A DNA stretch of 46,903 bases, from IMG/VR virus record IMGVR_UViG_3300045988_041451; one strand, given 5' to 3'. The notes under the pieces are model-generated. The model searched no databases. It was not told where the DNA came from and saw only the letters and a list, made by a program, of their open reading frames with translations. The stretch comes from a virus. Position 1 is the stretch's first letter, and the number at the start of each line of letters is the position of its first letter. The position numbers and the translations under genes are program-made. This document shows, one piece after another, positions 22,995-31,112 of this stretch.

Positions 22995-24099
22995 TGCTCA
23001 CTACTCCTTTCAGCAGTTTCAAATTGATAAACGGCTTCACACGTTCCTTCCAGAAGTTCCATGAATCCGAATTGTAAATGAATCCCATGTATGAGATCAT
23101 GCCGGATGCGTTCGTCGGTGAAATGTATGAGATTTTTGAAATCTTCTTCGCCTTGTGGCTTATCCTGAACATGATTGACTTTCGCAGTGTTGTCCATGCT
23201 CCTGCATGGAATTTATACCCTAAGAAGTCCAGCGGCCTGTCCTTCAGTGGAAAGACCTGCCAGTTTGCTTTCACCTGCATCTTTACCTTTCTCAACTCAT
23301 CCGCAATCATTCGGAGTGCTTTGTGTAATCTCCGTTTATTTGAATCAAATAGGACTATATCGTCCACATATCTTGTATGGTGCTTTGCACCTGTTTTCTC
23401 TGCGATCATGTGATCTATGTCCTGAAAGAAAAAATTGCAGAACCACGGTGATGTGTAGAGTCCGACCGGAATCCCTACTGCGTCAGCCTCTGGAAGCATC
23501 CTCGTGTGATCTGCCATAGGCTGTTGATAGCTGGCAATCAGTTTGAAGGCGAGGTTCAGGAACTTCCTGTCCTTGATTTTCTTTTCCAGTTTCTGCCGCA
23601 GGGCCTCGTGATTCATCGTCGGATAACAGTGGTGAACATCCAGCTTCAGGATTTTGCTCGTCCCGATCGGGTCACTCTTTATCCAATGGTTAATCATCTT
23701 TCGTGCTCCGTCTGTACCTTTGCCCGGTACGCATCCGCAGGAGAACTTGTCGGCTCCATGCTCAACAATCTCTCTGAAGACCTGAACGAACGCATGATGG
23801 ATGCACTGATCTGGATAGAATCTCGGCACGGCGATGACTCTCTTTTTCTTCTTGATACCGTCATAGATTTCTCTGATCGTGTATTTTGCCGGAACGAAGG
23901 TTTCATTCAGGAGCATTTCCTGAATCTTTCTGGCATAGCCTTCGAGGTCATTCAGGATTCTCTGCACGGAAGGCCGTTGCGTCTTTCGCTTTGATGCCCT
24001 CCTGATCGCGAGTTTGATGTTTTCAATATCCGTCACTCTCTCGAACAGATGCCCGATTCTCTTCGTCCATACGATGTTCTTCAGTTTCTGTAATTGCAT
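22954..24099 (-). CDS. DGR reverse transcriptase
   Basis: RT motifs RVIAVPRFYPDQCIHHAF, LKLDVHHCYPTMNH, IPVGLYTSPWFCNFFF, YVDDIVLF and FLGYKF. It lies adjacent to the TR. Confidence 0.92.
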   Translation of the reverse strand: MQLQKLKNIVWTKRIGHLFERVTDIENIKLAIRRASKRKTQRPSVQRILNDLEGYARKIQEMLLNETFVPAKYTIREIYDGIKKKKRVIAVPRFYPDQCIHHAFVQVFREIVEHGADKFSCGCVPGKGTDGARKMINHWIKSDPIGTSKILKLDVHHCYPTMNHEALRQKLEKKIKDRKFLNLAFKLIASYQQPMADHTRMLPEADAVGIPVGLYTSPWFCNFFFQDIDHMIAEKTGAKHHTRYVDDIVLFDSNKRRLHKALRMIADELRKVKMQVKANWQVFPLKDRPLDFLGYKFHAGAWTTLRKSIMFRISHKAKKISKISYISPTNASGMISYMGFIYNSDSWNFWKERVKPFINLKLLKGVVSNENRKQHQAACAA

Positions 24100-24414
24100 T
24101 TTGAAATGGTTTCTCCTATCTCTTTGTCAGCCTCATCGGTTTTCCACGCAAGGTACTGGCCGATGCCATTCACGGCTTTCATTTTTGCCAAGGGGCAAGG
24201 ACAGAACTTTCGTCCTGTTCCGTACCGGAGTACGGAGTGTAAAGTCACGATACATTTATACCAAATATTGAGAAATGTATCTAAATTAACGAGATATTGA
24301 CAAAGTGGGCGGCCGCCGATGTTCCAGTTCGAGTTCCCAGAGCCGTTGTTACAGTTCCGGTAGAAGGGGCCAGCATTGGACCCGTTGTTCACGTTAGCAC
24401 CAGAGATGACCAGC
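24100..24414 (-). ncRNA. DGR template RNA (TR plus structured spacer up to the RT start)
   Basis: TR at 24303-24414. Three adjacent hairpins at 24185-98, 24201-18 and 24220-35. The middle stem is fully paired only in the minus-sense RNA (G-U). Confidence 0.6.
24303..24414 (-). repeat. DGR template repeat (TR)
   Basis: 112-nt gap-free match to 24572-24683, with all 10 mismatches at TR adenines. Confidence 0.92.
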
Positions 24415-24521
24415 CGCTCGTGTCTTTACACCCTACAATTTTATTTATTTTCTGCTCTCATTTCAGGCGGCATCCTTCCAGCATGATTTTTCCACTTTAC
24501 TTTTCCTTTGCCGGAAGGTTT

Positions 24522-24544
24522 CATGGGGGAGGGAATCCCCCATG
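24522..24544 (-). promoter_or_regulatory. GC-rich hairpin just 3' of the VR and target stop (DGR target-recognition hairpin candidate)
   Basis: 9-bp stem CATGGGGGA/TCCCCCATG with a 5-nt loop, 16 nt beyond the stop codon at 24560-62. Confidence 0.55.
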
Positions 24545-24559
24545 TCCCCCTCGAAATGG

Positions 24560-26437
24560 TTATTTCCGACCAAGAGGGCGGCCGCCGAAGTCCCAGTTCG
24601 AGCTCCCAGAGCCGTTGTGACAGTTCCGGTAGAAGGGGCCAGCATTGGACCCGAGGTACACGTAAGCACCAGAGAAGACCAGCTCACCGCCTTCGGCCTG
24701 ATAGTAGTAGTCAGGGAAGTATGTGTTTGATGAGCCAGTTGCATCGGTGCAGATTTCAATTTCCGGCCACTCCGGGTCATAGCCAAACTCTTTGACATAT
24801 CCGTTCGCCTTCGCTGCTTCATAGCCTACTTTGAAATAGTCTCCTTCGTATACTTTATCCGCATAGCTGCTGTGCTTGTTGCAATAATAGTGCTGCCAGT
24901 TTTTAATGTTGTCACCATCGCGGAACTGCCACATATTTCCGAACCAATCCTCAATCCATAAGAATCTGATTGCGCTCATTCCATTCGTTTTGCCTTCAAT
25001 TCTTCCGTTCGGTGATGCCATGTCGATCGTTGCTCCTGTTGGCTGAAGTGAAGACCATAACACGCTTGTTGTCTTGATTGCCACCGGGTCCCCATCGAAA
25101 TATACGCACACTGCATTTTCTACTTCGGAAGAATCCTCAATCTTTGTGACTCTTCTGTCTGCTGCCAGACTCTGTGACCAGAGTCCTGCTCCGATTGAGA
25201 TTCCCTGACCGACTGCGAATCTGTTTCCGTATGTCTTCTCTACGGTGATATAGTTTCCTGTTCTTTCCTGAAGTGCCAGACCCTTCGTTCCGTCTTCAGG
25301 GAACTCTGTTCTTCCTGCTCCGAGGATTGACTGCGCGTTCGTGCTTGCGAACATTACAATGAACAGAGTGTCGAGCAGGTGCATGGTCCAGACATCATCC
25401 AGACACCACTTGTCTCCCTTCGCTGTGCAGAGTGTCCTGAACTGCGCTCTGGTTTTATTGTGTGCCGGGAAAACTCCTGCTTTTGATTCCAGCTTCGTCC
25501 CTTCTGTGTTGAGTGAGCCGGGGAAGATCGGAATGTAAATCTTCTCGCTCTGACGATCTCCGTCGGTGAACGCATGGTCAAGATGACATCTTCCGACCGG
25601 ACCTGCTGCCACCCATCTGTATTCCCACTTCACTCCGTCGGAGTCTGTCTCGAAATATCTTGCTGTGTACACCTGTGGCACTTCAAGCATGACATCTCCG
25701 TTGCTTCCGTCCCACTGGAAGTCCGCATCACCGAGATATGCGTTCACGCTCATATCCTCTGCCACGTTGCAAGGCTTCACGGAGTTGTACGGATATACGC
25801 TCGCCATGAAGTCATTCTGCACGGTTCCGTTTCCGACTGCTGCCTTCGCAACCAGTCCGACCGCTGCTCCGACTCTCTCCCATGTTGTCGAAGATGCTCC
25901 GACCTTTCTTCTTGCTCCATAGCCACGCAGAGCATCGCTCTCCACTGCGGTCACTCTTGCTTCCAGTGCTTCGAGATCGCTCTGAAGGGCAAGTGCTCCG
26001 GCAGACTTGATGGTCACGGTTGATGCGTTCGCAACTTCAAGATAGTAACTCATGTTGATAACACTCGGAACCACTCCGTTGTATGCAGGCATATAGTCGG
26101 ATGTGCTTGCTGTTGCGATGGAGTACAGAATCTCGCCCTTGTCCGGGTCAGATGCAAACACACCAAACTCTGTGATGTCATATCCTGCTGTCAGTGTGCT
26201 GTTCTCCATTGTGATCTTCAGCACCAGTGCTGAATCTGTATTGATAACTTTGTTTGAGATCGGGAATGTCTGCTTCACGGTCTTCAGCGCAGTTCTCTGT
26301 GAGATGTCCTCGCTCGAAGTATATGAGCCACTTCCCGACTGTGCCTTTGTGATCTGAATGGCACATTTTCCTGCCTGCGCTTTTGCGAGCAGTGCTTTTC
26401 CATCCTTCGTCAGTTTTCCGGGATTCCAAATAAGCAT
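24560..26437 (-). CDS. Tail fibre protein, DGR target (VR in the C-terminal lectin-like tip)
   Basis: The N-terminus is tail-collar-fibre-like (MLIWNPGKLTKDGKALLAKAQAG...ITEFGVFA). The C-terminus ...GSNAGPFYRNCHNGSGSSNWDFGGRPL is encoded by the VR. Confidence 0.9.
   Translation of the reverse strand: MLIWNPGKLTKDGKALLAKAQAGKCAIQITKAQSGSGSYTSSEDISQRTALKTVKQTFPISNKVINTDSALVLKITMENSTLTAGYDITEFGVFASDPDKGEILYSIATASTSDYMPAYNGVVPSVINMSYYLEVANASTVTIKSAGALALQSDLEALEARVTAVESDALRGYGARRKVGASSTTWERVGAAVGLVAKAAVGNGTVQNDFMASVYPYNSVKPCNVAEDMSVNAYLGDADFQWDGSNGDVMLEVPQVYTARYFETDSDGVKWEYRWVAAGPVGRCHLDHAFTDGDRQSEKIYIPIFPGSLNTEGTKLESKAGVFPAHNKTRAQFRTLCTAKGDKWCLDDVWTMHLLDTLFIVMFASTNAQSILGAGRTEFPEDGTKGLALQERTGNYITVEKTYGNRFAVGQGISIGAGLWSQSLAADRRVTKIEDSSEVENAVCVYFDGDPVAIKTTSVLWSSLQPTGATIDMASPNGRIEGKTNGMSAIRFLWIEDWFGNMWQFRDGDNIKNWQHYYCNKHSSYADKVYEGDYFKVGYEAAKANGYVKEFGYDPEWPEIEICTDATGSSNTYFPDYYYQAEGGELVFSGAYVYLGSNAGPFYRNCHNGSGSSNWDFGGRPLGRK
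24572..24683 (-). repeat. DGR variable repeat (VR), followed by a GC-rich IMH-like element
   Basis: See TR. The shared GGCGGCCGCCC sits at the 3' end, and the flanks diverge beyond it. Confidence 0.92.
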
Positions 26438-26449
26438 TTATAATTCCTC

Positions 26450-27265
26450 CTATCGTACTGTTGTACTTGTTTCTTTTACTTCACCATACAGCGCAATGTT
26501 CACGCTGCTCTCTTTTGCTTCACTGGCTGTTGTCAGATGATTCAGGACTGTCGTTGTGTTCTCCACATCTGTCACTCCTGCTGCACTCTGGCCTGCTGCC
26601 GTTTCGGTCTGCACCTGAATATCATTTCTGACAGTTGTTTCTCCGACTGTCTCTCTAATATATCCGGCCGCATACACTCCGTTCGGGACATCGTAGTCTC
26701 CGAGCAGTACGTTCGGGACGATTGAGTCCTGTGTTGAGAACATCCATGTGCAGGCATTCATGCCGGATGAAATATTTCTCTCGACGATGACTCTTCGCAC
26801 ATGAGATCGCACGTTCTTGACCTTCTGCACGAGTCCTGTCAGTTCCTCCATGATGTCCGATGTCATCAATGCTGATGTTACGATGTCGAATGTTCCCGGT
26901 GTGTATGGAGGCTCGTCGAAGTCGAACCACTCCACGACCTTTCCACCTCCGAGAACGACATCGACCATCTCTGATACTGCTGCCGGGGTTCCTGCCTTCG
27001 TGTACCAGTTCAGAGTGTTCTTGATGATCGCTTTCTTCTGCTCGATCGGCAATGTCTGCGAATAATACATTGCCCTCTGCTCCACTGCGAAATAATCCAG
27101 TGTCTTCTCGTCCAGCTTGTCGATGTCAGAGAAGCACTTTGTCTTCTCTGCCTTCTCGATCACCATTGCAACTGCCTTTTGAAGTGCGTAACTGATTGCC
27201 TGCATCTCTGGTGATTTCTCATCTTTCCACATTTCGGCAATTCCGCCCTCTGACAGTTTAATCAT
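26450..27265 (-). CDS. Tail protein I-like baseplate protein (P2 gpI / XkdU-like)
   Basis: The start was trimmed to MIKLSEGG, with an ATGATTAA overlap with gpJ. DKLDEKTLDYFAVEQRAMYY is typical of gpI. Confidence 0.7.
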   Translation of the reverse strand: MIKLSEGGIAEMWKDEKSPEMQAISYALQKAVAMVIEKAEKTKCFSDIDKLDEKTLDYFAVEQRAMYYSQTLPIEQKKAIIKNTLNWYTKAGTPAAVSEMVDVVLGGGKVVEWFDFDEPPYTPGTFDIVTSALMTSDIMEELTGLVQKVKNVRSHVRRVIVERNISSGMNACTWMFSTQDSIVPNVLLGDYDVPNGVYAAGYIRETVGETTVRNDIQVQTETAAGQSAAGVTDVENTTTVLNHLTTASEAKESSVNIALYGEVKETSTTVR

Positions 27266-28400
27266 CCTCAATTCCTCCATAGGCCACTTTTTTCGTTGTG
27301 ACCTTCGCCACGGCTGTCTTCTCAATCTTCCTGAAGACTGGTGCGTTGATCTCCACTCTCTTTGCTCCTGCATCTTCGAGCATACAGATCAGCTTCGACG
27401 GATTGATGTCGCGTCCGATCTTTGACCGCTGCCATATGATGTAATTCTCGACGGCAGCATTGACCGCACTCTGAATTGTGTTTGCTTGCGCTGAATCACT
27501 CTTGTTAATGTAGTATTTCAGGTCAAGCGCATATTCTACTGTGTCCGGTGCTTTTACGATCACTTTGTCCGTCAGCGGACGGATGTTCTCGTTGTGCAGA
27601 TAATCCTGCAATGACCGGATGATGCTCTCGTTCGGGAGTTCTCCATCGTTCATGATGAACTCGATCAGAACCTCCGTCGGATTCTCGCTGTCGATGTATA
27701 CGTCCGTGATGGATGAGTTGAAAGTCTTCACCCAGTATCTGTATGACTCTTCCGGTCCTGCAACTGAATACTTGCTCGGCGCGATGTAGATTCGCTCTGC
27801 AAGGCTGTCATCTGATTCGATGTCAGTTCCTCCTGTTGATTCTTCCACGCTCTCTGCGCTCTGGATGTATGCGATCGGGTCCACAAGCACGTTGATGTCT
27901 CCTGCCATCAGTCCATTTCCTGACGTTCCTGCCGTCTGGCAGGTGCAGATCAGTTCGATGCTTTCTTCCCCTGTTGCGATTTCTGCATATTCATTCGTCT
28001 CGAAGTACAGTTCGCCATTCGTGACTCTTGTTCCGGCCGGAATTGCGACCGGATGCGGACGCAGGCCAGACAGTGTGAACTTGACTTTCACGACTGCTGC
28101 CTTTGCAGGTTCTCGCTTGATTCCTTTCAGTGCGGCCAGATTGTCCATAAACTCGCCGTAACTGTATTTCAGCAGGTCCTGCTTCCCTGCACGATCGACA
28201 TAGAGCAGTGCCTGATATATCTGAATCGAGCAGGCATACAGAACCAGCGCAGGAGGGTCTGCCCTTCCCAGTGTTGTCGGTGTTCCGGTCAGTGTCTCAT
28301 ATCTCTCCTGATAGTCCGACACCATTTGCCTCTGCACATCGTCCAGTGTGATGTAGTCAATGAAGCTCACCTCTGGCAGATTTTCGATTTCGTCAATCAC
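27258..28400 (-). CDS. Baseplate J-like protein
   Basis: 380 aa. GTG start after AGGAGG. Assigned by position and length between the gp25-like and gpI-like genes. Confidence 0.8.
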   Translation of the reverse strand: MIDEIENLPEVSFIDYITLDDVQRQMVSDYQERYETLTGTPTTLGRADPPALVLYACSIQIYQALLYVDRAGKQDLLKYSYGEFMDNLAALKGIKREPAKAAVVKVKFTLSGLRPHPVAIPAGTRVTNGELYFETNEYAEIATGEESIELICTCQTAGTSGNGLMAGDINVLVDPIAYIQSAESVEESTGGTDIESDDSLAERIYIAPSKYSVAGPEESYRYWVKTFNSSITDVYIDSENPTEVLIEFIMNDGELPNESIIRSLQDYLHNENIRPLTDKVIVKAPDTVEYALDLKYYINKSDSAQANTIQSAVNAAVENYIIWQRSKIGRDINPSKLICMLEDAGAKRVEINAPVFRKIEKTAVAKVTTKKVAYGGIEDD

Positions 28401-28401
28401 T

Positions 28402-28713
28402 TCAGTTCCTCCTCTCTATGTATATTGTCGGTTCAATAGAGCCGTCTCCATTGACCTTGCCTTCCACATTTGCCACTGTAACCTCTGGAATATACTCTTC
28501 GAGTTTTTCTTCCAGTTCGATTGCCAGAAGGTTCAGTGCCTCCTGCGGAGGTCTTGAAATGAACTCTCTTTCGAGTCCGAATCCCCTGCTTCCGGGGATT
28601 GTTCCAACCATCGACAGGATGAGTGCTTTGATCTGGCTGTCAATGCGCTCTATTCCCTGTGTATCACCTGATGCAGACATGATATTGATGGATTTTATGA
28701 GTCGTTTTGCCAT
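28402..28713 (-). CDS. GPW/gp25-family baseplate wedge protein
   Basis: 103 aa. IKALILSMVGTIPGSRGFGLEREF matches the gp25 signature. Confidence 0.8.
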   Translation of the reverse strand: MAKRLIKSINIMSASGDTQGIERIDSQIKALILSMVGTIPGSRGFGLEREFISRPPQEALNLLAIELEEKLEEYIPEVTVANVEGKVNGDGSIEPTIYIERRN

Positions 28714-28726
28714 CTGCTCGCCCTCC

Positions 28727-29122
28727 TTAATACTCGGAGAATGTCAGCGAGACTTTCGCCTTCACCAGTTGTCCGCTGTTCCATATCTCGTCCCATGTCT
28801 CTGATATGGATTCCAGTTTCATCTTCCCGGTTCCGACCTTCTTTCCGCCGATGTACAGATAGTCCACTGTTCCGCCCTCGCAGGCTTTTTCCAGTTTTTC
28901 CAGTGTGGCTCTCGGCCGCACACCTCTTTCTGCTGCGAGCACTGCTTCCAGTGTCACACTGGATGAATCAGGACCTGCAAATTCGCTTTTCGGTTTTCCG
29001 TTCACGATGTTGTGTGTGTGCCATCTGGCCGACACTGTTCTCTTAAAATTGTTGAATGTCAGGGTCTTATTGCTGTTCACCTCAAAGGTGATCGTTCTTC
29101 CCCAGTTTCCAATCTTTCCCAT
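28727..29122 (-). CDS. Small tail/baseplate protein (tentatively GpU-like)
   Basis: 131 aa. The pattern FEV..F.R..W..H...KP..EF.GPD..V.L..VL resembles P2 GpU-family proteins from memory. Confidence 0.5.
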   Translation of the reverse strand: MGKIGNWGRTITFEVNSNKTLTFNNFKRTVSARWHTHNIVNGKPKSEFAGPDSSSVTLEAVLAAERGVRPRATLEKLEKACEGGTVDYLYIGGKKVGTGKMKLESISETWDEIWNSGQLVKAKVSLTFSEY

Positions 29123-29134
29123 GCGGCTCCCTCC

Positions 29135-29533
29135 TTACAGTCTCGCTTCTAATTTTGAGAGCCGATTCAGGATGCTTCCGAGCGTTGTTGCTCCGCTTCC
29201 ATCCTTCAGCGTTATGTTTCCGCCTTTATACTGGATGTATGCTTCTCCTTTTTTCTCTCCGAGTTCCTTGCGGAAAACTCCTTTTCCGCTCACACTCGGT
29301 TTGTTGGCTTCGTTCCAGTATCTTCCCATCACCACTCCGGCCGCGCACCCATTTGACAGGTGTAATACAAGCACCTCCGCTCCGACAGGAGGCATCTTGT
29401 ACTCGTCCCCCATTGAAAAAACCGGGAGATCGTCCGTCACGGAATCGTCAAGATCAGGATAGGTCACACTTATCATTCCGCTTCCGTAGTCGATGGATGA
29501 TACTCTTCCGATTCTGATGTTTTTCTCTGCCAT
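29135..29533 (-). CDS. Baseplate assembly protein V-like (spike/hub OB domain)
   Basis: IRIGRVSSIDYGSGMISVTYPDLDDSVTDDLPV...PPVGAEVLVLH matches the gpV pattern. Confidence 0.7.
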   Translation of the reverse strand: MAEKNIRIGRVSSIDYGSGMISVTYPDLDDSVTDDLPVFSMGDEYKMPPVGAEVLVLHLSNGCAAGVVMGRYWNEANKPSVSGKGVFRKELGEKKGEAYIQYKGGNITLKDGSGATTLGSILNRLSKLEARL

Positions 29534-29550
29534 GCTTTCTCCTCCCTTCT

Positions 29551-30843
29551 TTAGTCGAATGTGCCTGAATCAACCCATCCATAAACATTGCTTTTGCTGT
29601 CTGTATGAATAAGGTGATACGGATGTGCCTTTCCATTTCCGGCGCAGTTCGGGCCGAGTGTGATCTTCGCCTTTCCTGCTCTAGCACTGTACCCTTTACT
29701 TCCGGGCCATGATGAAATATAGTGTGTTCCTCCGTGGAAGTTCACAATGTCCCCGACTTTGTATGACTTTTTCGTGGTTGTCGGCTTCTTCTTTGTCGGA
29801 GTCTGTTTCTTCGGTGTGTATGACAGTCTTGTCTGGCACTTGTGCATCTCAACGCTCTGCTTCGTGTTTCCATCCGACACCTCTGTCGTTGACTTATCTA
29901 CGAAGTATTTTCCGTTTGCTTTTCCCATGCCGGAGATCGTCACGCACACTCCGGCGCATATCTTCGGATTCGGCCAGATTTCTCCCGATAGTGTTGTTGC
30001 CTGCTCGTTTGACTGGTTCACCGCTGCGGCCGCCTTGTAATATGCGTCTGCTGCGTCGGATGCCGTCTCATTGATCTTCAGGACCCTGCTGCCGGATGCC
30101 TTCTCTGCTTTCAATCCGAGAAACACGCTGATCTCTTTGCTGTTCTTTCCTGACTTGTAGGATATTCTCGCCCCGGTGTATGTTCCTTCCAGTGCGTCCT
30201 CATAGTCCCAGTTGTCATCCACGAATGACTCTCTTTTCAGTGTTGCCACTGATTTCTTCTTCTCCTGCGCCGTCTGATCGTATATGACTATCTTTGAGTT
30301 GAACACTTTCATTGACAGTTCATAGCTTTTGCAGACTTCGTACAGAAAAGCTGAATCTGATTTCTCTGACTGTTCAATCGCATTGATCGTGATTGATGGT
30401 CCAGAGTATGAGAGGTTCAGCTTGTACCTTTTTGCAATTTCTGTCGCGATCTTCTTGACCGTGACCTTCTTCCATGTTTTCGTCCGCTCCCTGCTCTTGA
30501 ATGATTCGCTTGCCGGAATCGCCAGTGCTCCGAAGGTTGCCTTCAGTGGTCCTCCGCTGAACTTGATGCTGTCCAGCACGAATTTTCCGCAGTCGAGTTT
30601 CAGATGCTTTCCTTCTGCGTTCCAGTTCTGGAATGTGATGCTTCCGCTGATCTTGTCTCCTTTTTTGGGATACCACGCGCCCATCCACTTCATCCCGATG
30701 TTGTGCAAGGAAATGTCAATGGAATCGCTGTCTCCTGATGCTACGTCCGTGTATGAGACGCTTTCCAGATACTCCTTCAGCTTCGTTGTGACATTCTTTC
30801 CATTGAAGGACAGGGACGGAACCGCTTTTCTCGGATTACTCAT
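29551..30843 (-). CDS. Late control gene D-like tail/baseplate hub protein with an extra C-terminal domain
   Basis: The start was trimmed to MSNPRKAVPSLSFNGK, coupled to the gpX-like stop. 430 aa. Confidence 0.75.
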   Translation of the reverse strand: MSNPRKAVPSLSFNGKNVTTKLKEYLESVSYTDVASGDSDSIDISLHNIGMKWMGAWYPKKGDKISGSITFQNWNAEGKHLKLDCGKFVLDSIKFSGGPLKATFGALAIPASESFKSRERTKTWKKVTVKKIATEIAKRYKLNLSYSGPSITINAIEQSEKSDSAFLYEVCKSYELSMKVFNSKIVIYDQTAQEKKKSVATLKRESFVDDNWDYEDALEGTYTGARISYKSGKNSKEISVFLGLKAEKASGSRVLKINETASDAADAYYKAAAAVNQSNEQATTLSGEIWPNPKICAGVCVTISGMGKANGKYFVDKSTTEVSDGNTKQSVEMHKCQTRLSYTPKKQTPTKKKPTTTKKSYKVGDIVNFHGGTHYISSWPGSKGYSARAGKAKITLGPNCAGNGKAHPYHLIHTDSKSNVYGWVDSGTFD

Positions 30844-31096
30844 CTTCTTCCATGTCCTCCGTGTCTGAATAATATTCTTCGTTCTCATCATTATCTGACC
30901 GCCAGAACGGAGCGTCCTCGTCCACCTCTTCCGGCAGATCAGGCACGGTCAGAACCGTACCTGAAGGGAAGATGAGGACATCCAGAAGCGGCCAGTTCGC
31001 TTCAATCAGGTTCTTCATGTACTTTTCTTCACCGTACAATTTGTAGGCGATCAGGTCCCATGTATCTCCCTGAATCGTTGTGTATGTGCTCGCCAC
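30836..31096 (-). CDS. LysM-like tail protein X (XkdP/gpX-like)
   Basis: YTTIQGDTWDLIAYKLYGEEKYMKNLIEAN...GTVLTVP is a LysM fold motif. Confidence 0.75.
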   Translation of the reverse strand: MASTYTTIQGDTWDLIAYKLYGEEKYMKNLIEANWPLLDVLIFPSGTVLTVPDLPEEVDEDAPFWRSDNDENEEYYSDTEDMEEDE

Positions 31097-31112
31097 CGCG
31101 ATGCCCTCCTTT

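Noticed and set aside
24303-24683. Two about 112-nt near-identical repeats: could they be a CRISPR array or a tandem duplication?
   Set aside because: There are only two copies. One lies inside a coding region. The mismatches are strictly at adenines and the repeats sit next to an RT. This is a DGR TR/VR pair, not a CRISPR array.
24081-24822. ORFs 24081-24392 (-), 24463-24822 (-), 24297-24620 (+), 24508-24795 (+) and 24542-24730 (+).
   Set aside because: They run through the TR, the spacer or the VR. The Asn-rich 'MNNGSNAGPFYRNC...' peptide is simply the TR read in the VR frame. None has an RBS, and none resembles Avd.
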